A stretch of DNA of 64,000 bases from Octopus vulgaris (GCA_951406725.2 OX597815.1:36642001-36706000); one strand, 5' to 3'. Shown: positions 1 through 11,055, counted from the first letter of the stretch. Program-made: numbers and translations. The notes: a model not told the origin generated them from the letters alone.

Positions 1-79
1 ATAGCTAGATAGATCGGTGAAGCACCAGCGTGACCACAGCTTTAAAGCTGAAGGAATTTAATGTACTCATCAATTCTCT

Positions 80-115
<36 letters not shown>

Positions 116-149
116 ATATATCTATATATATATATATATATATAATAAT

Positions 150-503
150 AAATATTAGGGAATAAATCCAAATTTACAGGGAAAAATCAGATTTAGGATT
201 AAATCCAATTTTATAGTAAAATATTATATAATATAATTCGAGACAAAACCACTATTTTGCAAAACAAACAAGGAAAGACTTAATCAATACATAAAAATTT
301 TTAATATAAAGAAATAAACCGCCACTACAATCGTTTCATGTCTTCAATGACATTCGTCAGGTGGATTTTCGATCTCCTAATCTGTTTTAATTTATGTTTT
401 AAATTATGAAGTAGTGGCGGTTTATTTCTTTATATTAAAAATTTTTATGTATTGATTAAGTCTTTCCTTGTTTGTTTTGCAAAATAGTGGTTTTGTCTCG
501 AAT

Positions 504-515
<12 letters not shown>
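150..515 (-). mobile_element. Penelope-like terminal-repeat remnant with ~100-bp inverted arms, inside a (TA)n tract
   Basis: Arm ~225-328 is the reverse complement of ~411-515. The arms are flanked by (TA)n and enclose a hammerhead motif. Confidence 0.7.
322..364 (-). ncRNA. Minimal type I hammerhead ribozyme with intact core
   Basis: Minus strand reads CCAC-CUGACGA-AUGUC(AUUGAA)GACAU-GAAAC(GAUU)GUA-GUGG. Stems I, II and III pair and the cleavage triplet is GUA. Confidence 0.85.
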
Positions 516-546
<31 letters not shown>

Positions 547-635
547 ATCCAAACATGAAAACACAATGAGAAAACACAACAACGCGGGGACGTGGAACAA
601 GTATAGTATTATTGGATGCTCAGGAAAGAAGGAGG

Positions 636-670
636 GTTTAATGTGTCGAGCGGAGCTCTTTGTCAGAAAC
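636..670 (-). ncRNA. Decayed minimal hammerhead ribozyme
   Basis: Minus strand reads GUUU-CUGACAA-A-GAGC(UCC)GCUC-GACA-CAUUA-AAC. Stems are retained but the core has two substitutions (CUGACGA to CUGACAA, GAAA to GACA). Confidence 0.55.
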
Positions 671-761
671 ATAGGAAAAGGAAATATCCAAAGAAGGGAA
701 GACGGAGGAAAAAAATCGCCAACGGTACACACGCGGTCACATTTTGAATGATATATATATC

Positions 762-1115
762 TAGATATCTACATAGGGTAGTAAATTTTTACAAATTTCA
801 CTACCTGTGGCCTAGCATGTATAAAAAGTCAATAGATGACATATTCAATATAAAATAGTGTACATTTAAACACAAACAGAAATATAATAGGCAATTCCCA
901 CACGCTAGGAGACAGTCAAAACGACCAAAAACCACAAAAATTTAAGCAATTTTAAAAAGAATGAAAAAATAAAAACTTTTACCTTGTTTTTATGGTTATA
1001 CCTATAGGTTTCGGATTTTTTTAGTAAATAAAAATAATTTACTAGGCAAATCCTCATCACTAACCGAGCCATCCAAGATTAACCTACAATTATGAGACCA
1101 ATAGCACGTGTCTCA
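762..1115 (-). mobile_element. Penelope-like terminal-repeat element, copy 1 (carries hammerhead)
   Basis: ~200 bp is homologous to 4003-4210. It adjoins (TA)n and contains the hammerhead fold at 994-1065. Confidence 0.6.
994..1065 (-). ncRNA. Type I hammerhead fold with G at core position 3
   Basis: Minus strand reads GGUUA-GUGAUGA-GGAUUU..UAGUAAAU(UAUUUUU)AUUUACUA..AAAUCC-GAAA-CCUAUAGG-UA-UAACC. Stem I is perfect, stem II is extended and stem III is palindromic. Confidence 0.75.
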
Positions 1116-1116
1116 T

Positions 1117-3935
1117 CTTTATATCATTTTATCATTTTTTATCATTTTATCTAGTTTCAGCTCACAAGCTGTGGCCATGCTGGGGCACCGCCATTCGGTG
1201 TTGCTACATGATTTTACTTCACAAATGCTTTTTAGCAATTGACATTTGGTGCATGAGAGAGTTTGATGCAGCTGCCTTCATCTGCACCTCCTGCCATGAA
1301 GTTGGTTCATCTGGGACACCTGACAGGAAGAGGTCCAGCTTTATTTTAAAGACATCTGCATCCACCCCATGCAGGTCTCTCGGGTCCTTCAGGAGGATAT
1401 TGAAGAGCTGTGGACCTCTGAAGCCCAGGCTATCACAGTATCTTGTCCTACATCTTAATGGCATATTTGGAGTCCTTGGCACTATGCAGTGGCGCCCAGT
1501 TCTAGTATTTGTGTAACTCTCGATGCCAAAGTTTGGGACAAGTCCTTCCAGGATCTTCCAGATGTATATTATGGCATATCTTTCTTGCCTACACTCTTAG
1601 GAATAGAGTCTTAATCTCTTGAGTCTTTCCCAATAGCTTATATGCTGCACAGAGGCTATCTTCTTCATGTAGCTTCGTTGGATCGCCTCAAGTTCTGTGA
1701 TTAATTTGACACTGGTTGGTGACCATAGCTGAGAGCAATAGTCAAAGTGGCTTAGGACAAGTGTCCTTCAGAGGACCATCATGGTTTCCTGGTCTCTTGT
1801 TCTAAAAGCTCTAAGAATCCATCTGGTCAGCTGCCTACATTTCATTGCCAATTTAGCAACATGCACATGAAAGGTTGCATCATTACTCTTGTAAATACCC
1901 AGGTCCCGCACTGATTGTGCCTCTGGGATTGCAATCCCTCCAGGTCCAGTGTATTTATTGGGTATTGCATTTAGTTTTGCATGCTGATAGCATAAAGCTT
2001 GAAACTTTTCAGCATTGAACTGCATGCTATTCTTTTCAGCCTACTTGTATATTTTGTCCAGCTCACATTGCAGGTGCATAGTGTCTTCAGAGTTCTGTAT
2101 TACCTGTGAAACTTTTGTATCATCTGCATAACTTGTGATCGTGGCTCTCTGCGTGGCTGAGGGCATGTCTGAGAGGGCCATTATGAACAGCAGTGGTCCC
2201 AAAACAGTGCCTTGCAGAACACCGCTCACTATTTGCATGCTATTGGAGGTGGCTCCATTGGCTACTACCACCTGACTTCTATCCTTCAGAAAGTCATGAA
2301 GCCATTCTCCCAATTTTCCAACTATGCCAAGATCACGCAGTTTGTGACATATCATTCCACGATCGACTTTATCAAAGGCCTTTGCAAAGTCAAAATATAT
2401 CACTTCCACATTTGAGTTGTTGAGCAGTTGTTTCAGCACCCAGTCATAGTGTTGTAGGAGCTGAGATAGGCAGCTTCTTCCTGGTCGGAAACCATGTTGG
2501 GTGTCAGGCAGCAAGTTATTTTCTTCAAGGAAGGTGATTAGTTTCCTTCTGACTATTCGTTCCATGACCTTGCTGATGTGTGAGGTCAGAGAGATAGGTC
2601 TGTAGTTCTTGGCCTCTGCTCTGCTACCTCCTTTATGAATAGGGCATATTTTACCTTCCTTCAGTTTTCTTGGAAGTTTGCCAGTTGCAAGGAAGCTCTG
2701 AAAGAGGAACTGCAGTGGTCTTGCTAGGACTCTCTTACATACTTTTAGAAGGATTGCTGGGAATCCATCAGGGCCGGCAGCTGAGTTTGAGTTCATTTCA
2801 TCTATAGCCCTTATTACATCGTCTTCCTTCATATTGATGTAATCAATCATCGTTGCCTCTGATTTTATATCTGCTGTGGTAAAGAAGTCAGTTGGATTGC
2901 TGACTTGAAAATGCCCTAGGGGTGGAGTGAAAATACTTTTGAATTGCTCATTTAGTATTTCACTTATCCTCATTGGATTTCCTGTGAGTGTATCATCTTT
3001 TTTAAGGAGTGGCCCTATCCTACAGTAGCTGCTATCCTACATAGCTGCTTCTTTGGCAAACTTGTAGAAAGCTCCGGGGTTAGATTTTATGTTGTCTATA
3101 GCCCAGGCTTCTTTGTCGCTCTTTCTTTTTTATGTGAGAGTTGCAGATATTTTTCAACTTCCAGCAGTTTTATTTTCAGGTGGGACTTTTCACTGCTTTC
3201 AATATGTTTGTTTAGGCGATTTGAAACTTTTGTATGCTGTCTCATAAGAATTTTCCTCTCTCTAGGGATTTTGTTCTTGTGTACAGTGGCCTTTCTCTCT
3301 GGGACACATTCGTAGCATATGGCTTGCATTACAGACATGAATTATTGAAGTTTCATGTCAATGTCTGGTGAGGAGAGACATTTAGGCCAGTTTTGTTTGG
3401 GGATCTCTTTCTCAATTTGTTTCCAGTTTGCCTTATGGAAGTTCAAGCTGGAAAGATTCTGAGAATTTCTTGTAGGCTGCATGTCCATGCTTTCCTTTGG
3501 CCTGTACATGGTCAACTCTACCATATTGTGATCTGAGAGTAGTGTCGGTGTCACTTTCACATTATGGATAAGATCCATATTATTTGTGAAGCAGAGATCC
3601 AGTATGTTACCTGCCCTGGTTGGTTGGAGTATTATTTGCTCCATGTACAGAGTGTTGATGAGGTTCAGGAGGGACCTTGCCTGTCCTCATTCACATCGTG
3701 TCATTCCTGGGAGAGAAAGGGCCTCGGGCCATCTGACATTGGGCAGATTGAAGTCTCCCATAAGAAGTACACTTATGTGTTGTTCTAATGTGACTAGAAC
3801 TTCTTCTATTTTTGTAAGGCAGTCTTCAAACTTGCCTTTATGACTTGGAGCATCTGGAGGGCGATATGTAGCACATATAACTACACTGAGTTGCCTTATA
3901 TATATGTTATAATTTTTTTCAAAATCCACCATGCA
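1117..3935 (-). mobile_element. 5'-truncated CR1-group LINE with disrupted APE + RT ORF2
   Basis: APE-like pieces (YRPP, MGDFNLP, LDL..TN, SDH) at 3342-3932. RT motifs (AAGPDG, NYRPISL, QHGFRPGRSC, DFAKAFD, QGTVLGP, YADD) at 2041-2973. C-terminal fragments run to 1219, followed by a short-repeat 3' tail at ~1117-1150. Confidence 0.92.
2041..2973 (-). pseudogene. LINE reverse transcriptase domain, longest open segment
   Basis: 310-aa ORF with RT motifs, bounded by in-frame stops within a larger ORF2. Confidence 0.9.
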
Positions 3936-4002
3936 AGCACAGTTTCAGTGGGCAGAAAATGAAAAATGCTGAAACGAACTTTGAAAAGCTAATATTGATA
4001 CT

Positions 4003-4258
4003 TAGATATCCATATAGGGTAGTAAATTTTTACAAATTTCACTACCAGTGACCTAGCATGTCAATAGATGACATATTATTCAATATAAAATAGTGTACAT
4101 TTAAACACAAAGAGAAATTTACCTATAATAGGCAATTTTTATACGCTAGGAGACAGTCAAAACGACTGAAAACCACAAAAATTTAAGCAATTTCAAAAGG
4201 AATGGAAAACTATAAATTGCCTGTTATAGGTAATTTCTCTTTGTGTTTAAATGTACAC

Positions 4259-4262
<4 letters not shown>
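4003..4262 (-). mobile_element. Penelope-like terminal-repeat element, copy 2, with inverted tail
   Basis: Homologous to 762-965. Segment ~4215-4262 is the reverse complement of ~4089-4138 and is followed by (TA)n. Confidence 0.6.
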
Positions 4263-4303
<41 letters not shown>

Positions 4304-4317
4304 CATACATATTCAGT

Positions 4318-4720
4318 CTTTTATTCTCTTGTTTCAGTCATACTGGTGCACCGCCTTTAGTCAAGCAAATCAACCCCAGGACTTAGCCTTTGTAAGCCTA
4401 GTACTTATTCTATCGGTCTCTTTTGCCGAACCGCTAAGTTACGGAGACGTAAACACACCACCATCGGTTGTCAAGCGATGTTGGGGGACACAAACAGACA
4501 CTTAAACATACACACACACACATACACACACACACACAAACACACACACATATGACAGGCTTCTTTCAGTTTCTGTCTACCAAATCCATTCACAAGGCTT
4601 TGGTCGGCCCAAGGCTATAGTAGAAGACGCTTGCCCAAGGTGCCATGCAGTAGGACTGAACCCAGAACCATGTGGTTGGTAAGCAAGCTACTTGCCACAC
4701 AGCCACTCCTGCTCCTATTA
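4318..4720 (-). mobile_element. tRNA-derived SINE family A
   Basis: tRNA-like head (GTGGCTGTGTGG A box, GGTTCAGTCC B box), internal microsatellite, and a shared body and tail with other copies. Confidence 0.85.
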
Positions 4721-5046
4721 TATATATATATTAATGTATTCTTTTACCCGTTTCAGTCATTTGACTGTGGCCATGCTAGAGCACTGTCTTCAGTCGAACA
4801 AATCGACCCCAGGACTTATTAAAAAATTGGTAATTTTTAAATAATAAATAATTATTATTATCTTAACTCTCCATATTCTTTATTTCATTTAAGTGAACAT
4901 GAACTTTATTCTTAATACATACCAATTGATTTAAAGAAATTTCATTTCTCAAAATTAGTAGATAGAAAACCAGTAATTCCTTGGCTGTAACCATCTCCTT
5001 ACGAGGTTAACTTATCCTCTAAGTAACTTTAATGGGTGTGTGTGTG

Positions 5047-5079
<33 letters not shown>

Positions 5080-5134
5080 CTGCGTCTGTGTGTGTGTGTT
5101 TGCATACCTATGTATAATACATGCATACACATCA

Positions 5135-5399
5135 TATATCGTTATTGATATTATTAGGGAGATGTACTTGCATAGCAAGTGATTTGATCTGAGATCGTGT
5201 GCTGAAACGAAAACAATTGCAGCGTGGAAGGTGTTTGTAAGCCATTTAAGAAACACACAAAATCCGTTTGATTCACTTCAACATTTAAGTTTAATTTGTC
5301 AAAATATTTTCGTCACTTTAAGACCGAGACCTCTTCACTGACAAAAATTCGTGCAGCACGGATTCTGAAAAATTAAACTTAAATGTTGAAGTGAATCAA
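5135..5399 (-). mobile_element. Penelope-like short element with inverted arms
   Basis: 30-bp perfect inverted repeat (5268-5297 / 5370-5399) around a hammerhead-like fold, adjacent to (TG)n. Confidence 0.55.
5295..5345 (-). ncRNA. Hammerhead-like fold with G at core position 3
   Basis: Minus strand reads UUUGUCA-GUGAAGA-G-GUCUC(GGUCUUAAA)GUGAC-GAAA-AUAUUU-UGACAAA. Stem I has 7 bp and the palindrome AAAUAUUU forms stem III. Confidence 0.55.
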
Positions 5400-5904
5400 T
5401 ATTATTAGGACAGAGCCAGAATGCAATTTTATTAGTGAGGCAAAAGTAGATCTTTTATATCTACTTTTATATCTACAAATTATAGTAATGAACAAGAGGA
5501 TAAGGAGAGAAGAAGAATGGCACAACAGGAATACAGACTGGCAAAGGAAGGTATAATACCAGATGAAATTCAGTATCAAGAATTATGGATATGAAAAGGA
5601 AATAGGAAACAATGTGTGGTAGGATGTGATGAAACAGAAATGACAGAGCACCTAATAATGCGTATAGTAGATCATCTCTCTGACAGCGAACCCTCAACAT
5701 CAATATGCGTAGTAGAGAGGACGCAGCTTACTCAACAGTTCCATACTTATTAATAAAATAATTACGAATACTAAACGTCTATGCAAACAGATACACCATA
5801 TGACATTTATTCTAGCCAATAATATCTCCTGGCGACAGTGATAAGTAGTAAAACATCAAAGTCCTACTCCTGTCCGTTCTATTTACACACCAAACATTAA
5901 TAAT

Positions 5905-6436
5905 TCTTTCTATTATAGGCACAAGGCCTGGAATTTAGGGGGAGGGGGATAGTCGATCACATCAACATTAGTACCTATTTCTTTACTACCCACAAGGGGC
6001 TAAACACAGAGGGGACAAACAGGGACAGACAAACGTATTAAGTCGATTACATCGACCCCAGTGCGTAACTGGTACTTAATTTATCGACCCTGAAGGATGA
6101 AAGGCAAAGCCAACTATAGCGGAATTTGAACTCAGAATGTAAAGACGGACGAAATGCCGCTAAGCATTTTGCCCGGAATGCTAACAATTCTGCAAGCTCA
6201 CCACCACACCAAACAATAATAATCCTTTCTACTAAAGGCACAAAGTCTGAAATCTGGTGGAGGAAACTAGTCGATTTCATTGACTCCAATGTTTTACCGG
6301 TACTTAATTTATCGACCTCGAAAGGATGAAAGGCAAAGTCGACCTCGGCTGAATTTGAACCCAGAATGCAGCAACGGGCGAAATACCGCTAAGCATTTCA
6401 TCCAGCGTGCTAATGAATCTGCTAGTTCACTGCTTC

Positions 6437-6483
<47 letters not shown>

Positions 6484-6697
6484 TGACTTCAAATTTTTGC
6501 CATAAGGGCAACTTAAGGGAAGGGATTAAGTCGATTACATTGACCCCAGTGTGTAGCTGGTATTTATTTAATCAATCCCGAAAGGATGAAAGGCAAAGTC
6601 GACCTTGGTGGAATTTGAACTCAGAACCTGAAGAAGCATGAAATGCCGCTATGCATATCGTCCAGTGTGCTATCTGTTCTGCCAGCTCATCGCTTTC
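5905..6697 (-). mobile_element. Cluster of three SINE family B copies separated by (AAT)n
   Basis: Repeated GATGAAAGGCAAAGTCGACC..GAATTTGAACTCAGAA body with tRNA-like heads on the minus strand. Confidence 0.85.
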
Positions 6698-6751
6698 CAA
6701 ACAATAATAATGATAACTATAATAACAATAATAACAACAATAATAATAGTG

Positions 6752-6784
<33 letters not shown>

Positions 6785-6787
<3 letters not shown>

Positions 6788-7562
6788 GCAAAAGAAATAG
6801 ACAGAGAAAAATCCCAACAATGGTTGAGAAGCTCAGGACTCAAAGCAGAGACTGAAGGATTTTTAATTGCAGCACAAGCCCAAAGTCTCCAAACCAGAAA
6901 TTACCAAAAACATATAATGAAAAGAAACATAACAAGTAACTGTAGAATATGTGGAGATGGACAAGAAACAATAAATCATATTGTCTCTGGCTGCCCAGTC
7001 TTGGCTAAGAAGGAATATATTCACAGACACGACAGAGTTGGGACCTACATATGCCAACACTATGTAATAACAACAGAAAAAAGATGGTATAGGCACACAC
7101 CAGAAAAGGTCACAGAAAACGAGAAACCACCCATACTCTGGGATATGCCAATGTACACAGATATAGTTGTCAGAGATCATGAAGAAAAAAAATGCTTTCT
7201 AATTGATGTATCAATACCAGCAGATGATAATGTTTCTCTAATAGAAATGGAGAAACTTTCAAAATACAAAGACCTGGAAATAGAGGTAACTTGAATGTGG
7301 AGTCTAAAAACAGAAACAATTCCAATCACAATAGGCGCATTAAGTATGATAAAAAATATTCAGACAAATACATAACAATAATACCATGACTTACAAATAT
7401 ATATAACACAGAAAATTGCACTACTGGGCACTGCACACATCCTACACAAAACACTTTCAATACAGTAACCATAAGAGCATCACAGCAAACCACAGCACAT
7501 ACCCAAGGCACACAGAGCTGCGCTCGGTAGTGAAGTGAAAGCACGCTATAAAAATAAAACTA

Positions 7563-7566
<4 letters not shown>
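6785..7566 (+). mobile_element. 3' fragment of an RLE-type non-LTR retrotransposon (R4/Dong-like) in an (AAT)n tract
   Basis: CCHC knuckle CRICGDGQETINHIVSGC, RHD, ILWD, DIVV..LIDVSIP, EKLSKY. (AAT)n on both sides. Confidence 0.85.
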
Positions 7567-7607
<41 letters not shown>

Positions 7608-7612
7608 CATAT

Positions 7613-8016
7613 AGGTGCAGGAGTGGCTGTGTGGTAGGTAGCTTGCTTACCAACCACATGGTTCCAGGTTCAGTCCCACTGCGTGGCACTTTGGGCATGT
7701 GTCTTTTACTATAGTCTCGGGATGACCAAAGCGTTTTGAGTGGATTTGGCAGACAGAAACGGAAAGAAGCCCGTTGTATATATTTATATATATATATATG
7801 TGTGTGTGTATATGTTTGTGTGTCTGTGTTTGTTCCCCCAACATCGCTTGACAACCATTGCTGGTGTGTTTACATCCCCGTAACTTAGCGGTTCAGCAAA
7901 AGAGACAGATAGAATAAGTACTAGGCTTCCAAGGAATAAGTTCTGGGATCGATTTGCTCGACTAAAGGCGGTGCTCCAGCATGGCCACATTCAAATGACT
8001 GAAACAAGTAAAAGAG
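7613..8016 (+). mobile_element. Full-length SINE family A
   Basis: Head GGTGCAGGAGTGGCTGTGTGG through tail CAGCATGGCC..GACTGAAACAAGTAAAAGAG. Confidence 0.88.
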
Positions 8017-8244
8017 TAATATTGGATTAGTTTTCTGTATTGGAAACAAATCTTTTTACTAGATTGTCTGAGATTTGCAATAGAGACTACTGACCATCAA
8101 AAATATCTAAACAGTAAAAAAAAGAAAAAAATCTCTGCGTTGTCTTTATTGCAATGCAGTTCCATTGACTGACACTCGTATATGGAAGCAAATAAAAATA
8201 GAAGTTCAGTTTGAGGTCGGTGGGTAACTTTTAATGTTTGTTCA

Positions 8245-8436
<192 letters not shown>

Positions 8437-8479
8437 TCAGCAGTTCCTTCGCTTTCCTTATCTACTGGAAATAATCAAC

Positions 8480-8720
8480 TAGACAATATTACTAAGAGAG
8501 ACAAATCAACAAAATCTTCACCCGTGCAATAAGGAGAACTCTTAAAAGCAGATACAATATACATATGCGTTACACAATATTTGCAGAAAAATACAACTTT
8601 ATCAAAGCATATTTGGGACTTAAGGCAGAATATACAACTATAATTATAAACTGACAGTTTTATATACTCCGATACCTTCAGTTGTTGAACTCCTCGTGAA
8701 AATGAGATGCCATGATTAAG
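8480..8720 (+). pseudogene. Decayed Penelope GIY-YIG C-terminal remnant
   Basis: TTLSKHIWDLRQN from 8593 resembles the LSKHIW.LK motif of PLE endonucleases. Confidence 0.45.
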
Positions 8721-8774
8721 AAGTAATACAAGCAACGGGTATTCATTCCAATTGACAAATCCAAGAAAGATCAT

Positions 8775-9201
8775 GGATCTTTTCGGTTTGAATGTCAGAT
8801 TTTTAAAATAGTTTCCACATAACTAAACACTTCTAAACTTCGTATACTGGTAGAATGTGTTTATAAAACATCTTTTTCTCTTGGCTTTATTGAGAAAATT
8901 CTATAGTTTGTAAGATATTTGTTGGGTTTTTTTCTTCAATTTCTGCAATTTCAACCAATCAATGACGTCTATTGAGGTGAAAACATTCTGTGCCGTATGA
9001 ATATGTCCCTCGTTTAAGAAACAGATTGGGTTTATTTACATTTCTGAAGAAAAAAAGATACCTTTCCCCCTCCCCTAACCCTAACTAACCCTAACCCTAA
9101 AACAGATTGAAATGCAATAGATCGATACTAGGATCATAATTATGGGTGACAATTTCATATGACACTGCTAGAAAAAACTGCCATTCAAATTGAAAAGATC
9201 C
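8775..9201. mobile_element. MITE with ~28-bp TIRs and an 8-bp TSD
   Basis: Starts GGATCTTTTCGGTTTGAATGTCAG and ends CTGCCATTCAAATTGAAAAGATCC. TSD AAGATCAT at 8767-8774 and 9202-9209. Internal (CCCTAA)-like repeats. Confidence 0.85.
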
Positions 9202-10011
9202 AAGATCATTTTTCCATGTTTCCACTATCTCTGGTAAGAACATCATTTGAGGGCAAAACATTTTAGCATACATATACACATACTCTCTGTCTCTCTCACT
9301 CTCTTCCTCACTTTCTCTCTCTCCCTCTCTCTCCCTCTTCCTCTCTCTCCCTCTCACTCTCTCTCCCTCTCCCTCTCTCCCCTCCTTTCATTTCTATACA
9401 TGCTTTTGCAATTCTCTTGATCTTTATCGTTTCTCTAAGCCATCCTGGGTCTTTTATATATTTTCTTTCATTCGTTTTTCTCAAATGTTGTTTCACTACT
9501 TTCTGGTTCCATTTTTGCACGTTTAGCGTTTATTTTGTTAATCATGAATGGATTCTTAAAGATATGAAAAGGGGTTGGTGCCATATAGAATTAAGACAAG
9601 AATCATGTCCATTAAAGAAAACAGTTGAATTATGCTAAAGGCTGTCAGATCCAACAGATTTTGAGCAAAGTATGTAAATATAGAAAGAATAAGTATTTGT
9701 ACATTATATAAGGTATTCATATGTATTTAGTTTACTTAGTAAGGTGTAGACAAGTCCAGATTATGTAATTGTTAATGACTGTCGACTGGTTCTGTAGCTA
9801 TGCTTAATTAAAAGTTCGTAGATAATTTCTTACTGAACAAAATCAAGATATCAAAATGTAATCATGAGAGTGATGTGAGTGGGGATGTGAGACAACTAAC
9901 TTTAAGAACACTGATGAGAAATAAAACCACCGGTTACATTTAAGATGAATTTTGAAAAGGGTTTAGCTTTAAAAAAACCAGACAAAGTTGTCAAAAGTTC
10001 TATATACTCTT

Positions 10012-10245
10012 TACCCTTTTACTCTTTTACTTGTTTCAATCATTTGACTGTGGCCATGCTGGAGCACCGCCTTTAGTCGAGCAAATCGACCCCAGGACTT
10101 ATTCTTTGTAAGCCTAGTACTTAATCTATCGGTCTTTTTTGCCGAACCGCTAAGTTACGGGGATGTAAACACACCAGCAACAGTTGACAAGTGATGTTGG
10201 GGGGGACAAACACAAGCTATTTACGACACAGCCACTCCTACACCT
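10012..10245 (-). mobile_element. Internally deleted SINE family A
   Basis: The 3' half is joined directly to the head remnant ACACAGCCACTCCTACACC. Confidence 0.8.
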
Positions 10246-10517
10246 ATGATCAAATTCATCAACCTCCTTCGATCTACATAGATTTACAGTTTTTGTGGCT
10301 GCAGATATGGTGTTGGTTTATTGATGAGTCATGTGAAATGCTTTTCAAATTTTCACCTCCCAATGTATAAAAATGTGTTTTGTGTTGCAATATGCAAAGA
10401 TCATGGTTTAGACAAGTGCTTCTCATACTATCTGATGTGGTGTACTAGCAGTTTTTTTCCCCAATGTGCCAGGGACCAGTAATATTTCTTAGTAACATTA
10501 ATTTATACTTATACTAA

Positions 10518-10735
10518 AGGTGGTGAGCTGGCAGAAACGTTAGCATACCGGGTGAAATGCTTAGCAGTATTTCGTCTGTCTTTATGTTCTGTGTTCAAAT
10601 TCAGTCAAGGTCAACTTTGCCTTTCATCCTTTCGGGGTTGATAAATCAAGTACTAGTTGCGTACTGGGGTCGATCTAATCGATTGGCCCCCCTCCCCCAA
10701 AATTTCAGGCTTTGTGCCTAGAGTAGAAAAGAATA
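10518..10735 (+). mobile_element. SINE family B
   Basis: GGTGGTGAGCTGGCAGAA head, GTTCAAAT B box and shared body. Confidence 0.85.
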
Positions 10736-10844
10736 CTAATTTATACCGGAAACAATATATATATATATATCCGTCCAACCCGTGCTAGCATGGAAAACGG
10801 ACGTTAAACGATGATGATGATGATGATATATATATATATATATA

Positions 10845-11055
10845 TCATCATCATCGTTTAACGTCCGTTTTCCATGCTAGCATGGGTTGGATGGTTCAAC
10901 TGGGGTCTGGGAAGCCAGAAGGCTGCACCAGGCCCAGTCTGATCTGGCAGTGTTTCTACAGCTGGATGCCCTTCCTAACGCCAACCACTCCGAGAGTGTA
11001 GTGGGTGCTTTTTATGTGCCACCTGCACAGGTGCCAGACAAGGCTGGCAAACGGA
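10845..11055 (-). mobile_element. Repeat family C (SINE-like retroposon with (GAT)n tail)
   Basis: CATCATCGTTTAACGTCCGTTTTCCATGCTAGC..GGATGCCCTTCCTAACGCCAACC, repeated at 21882, 51606, 57590 and 60225. Confidence 0.8.

Noticed and set aside
9072-9100. Interstitial telomere
   Set aside because: Only a few units, and they are internal to a MITE.
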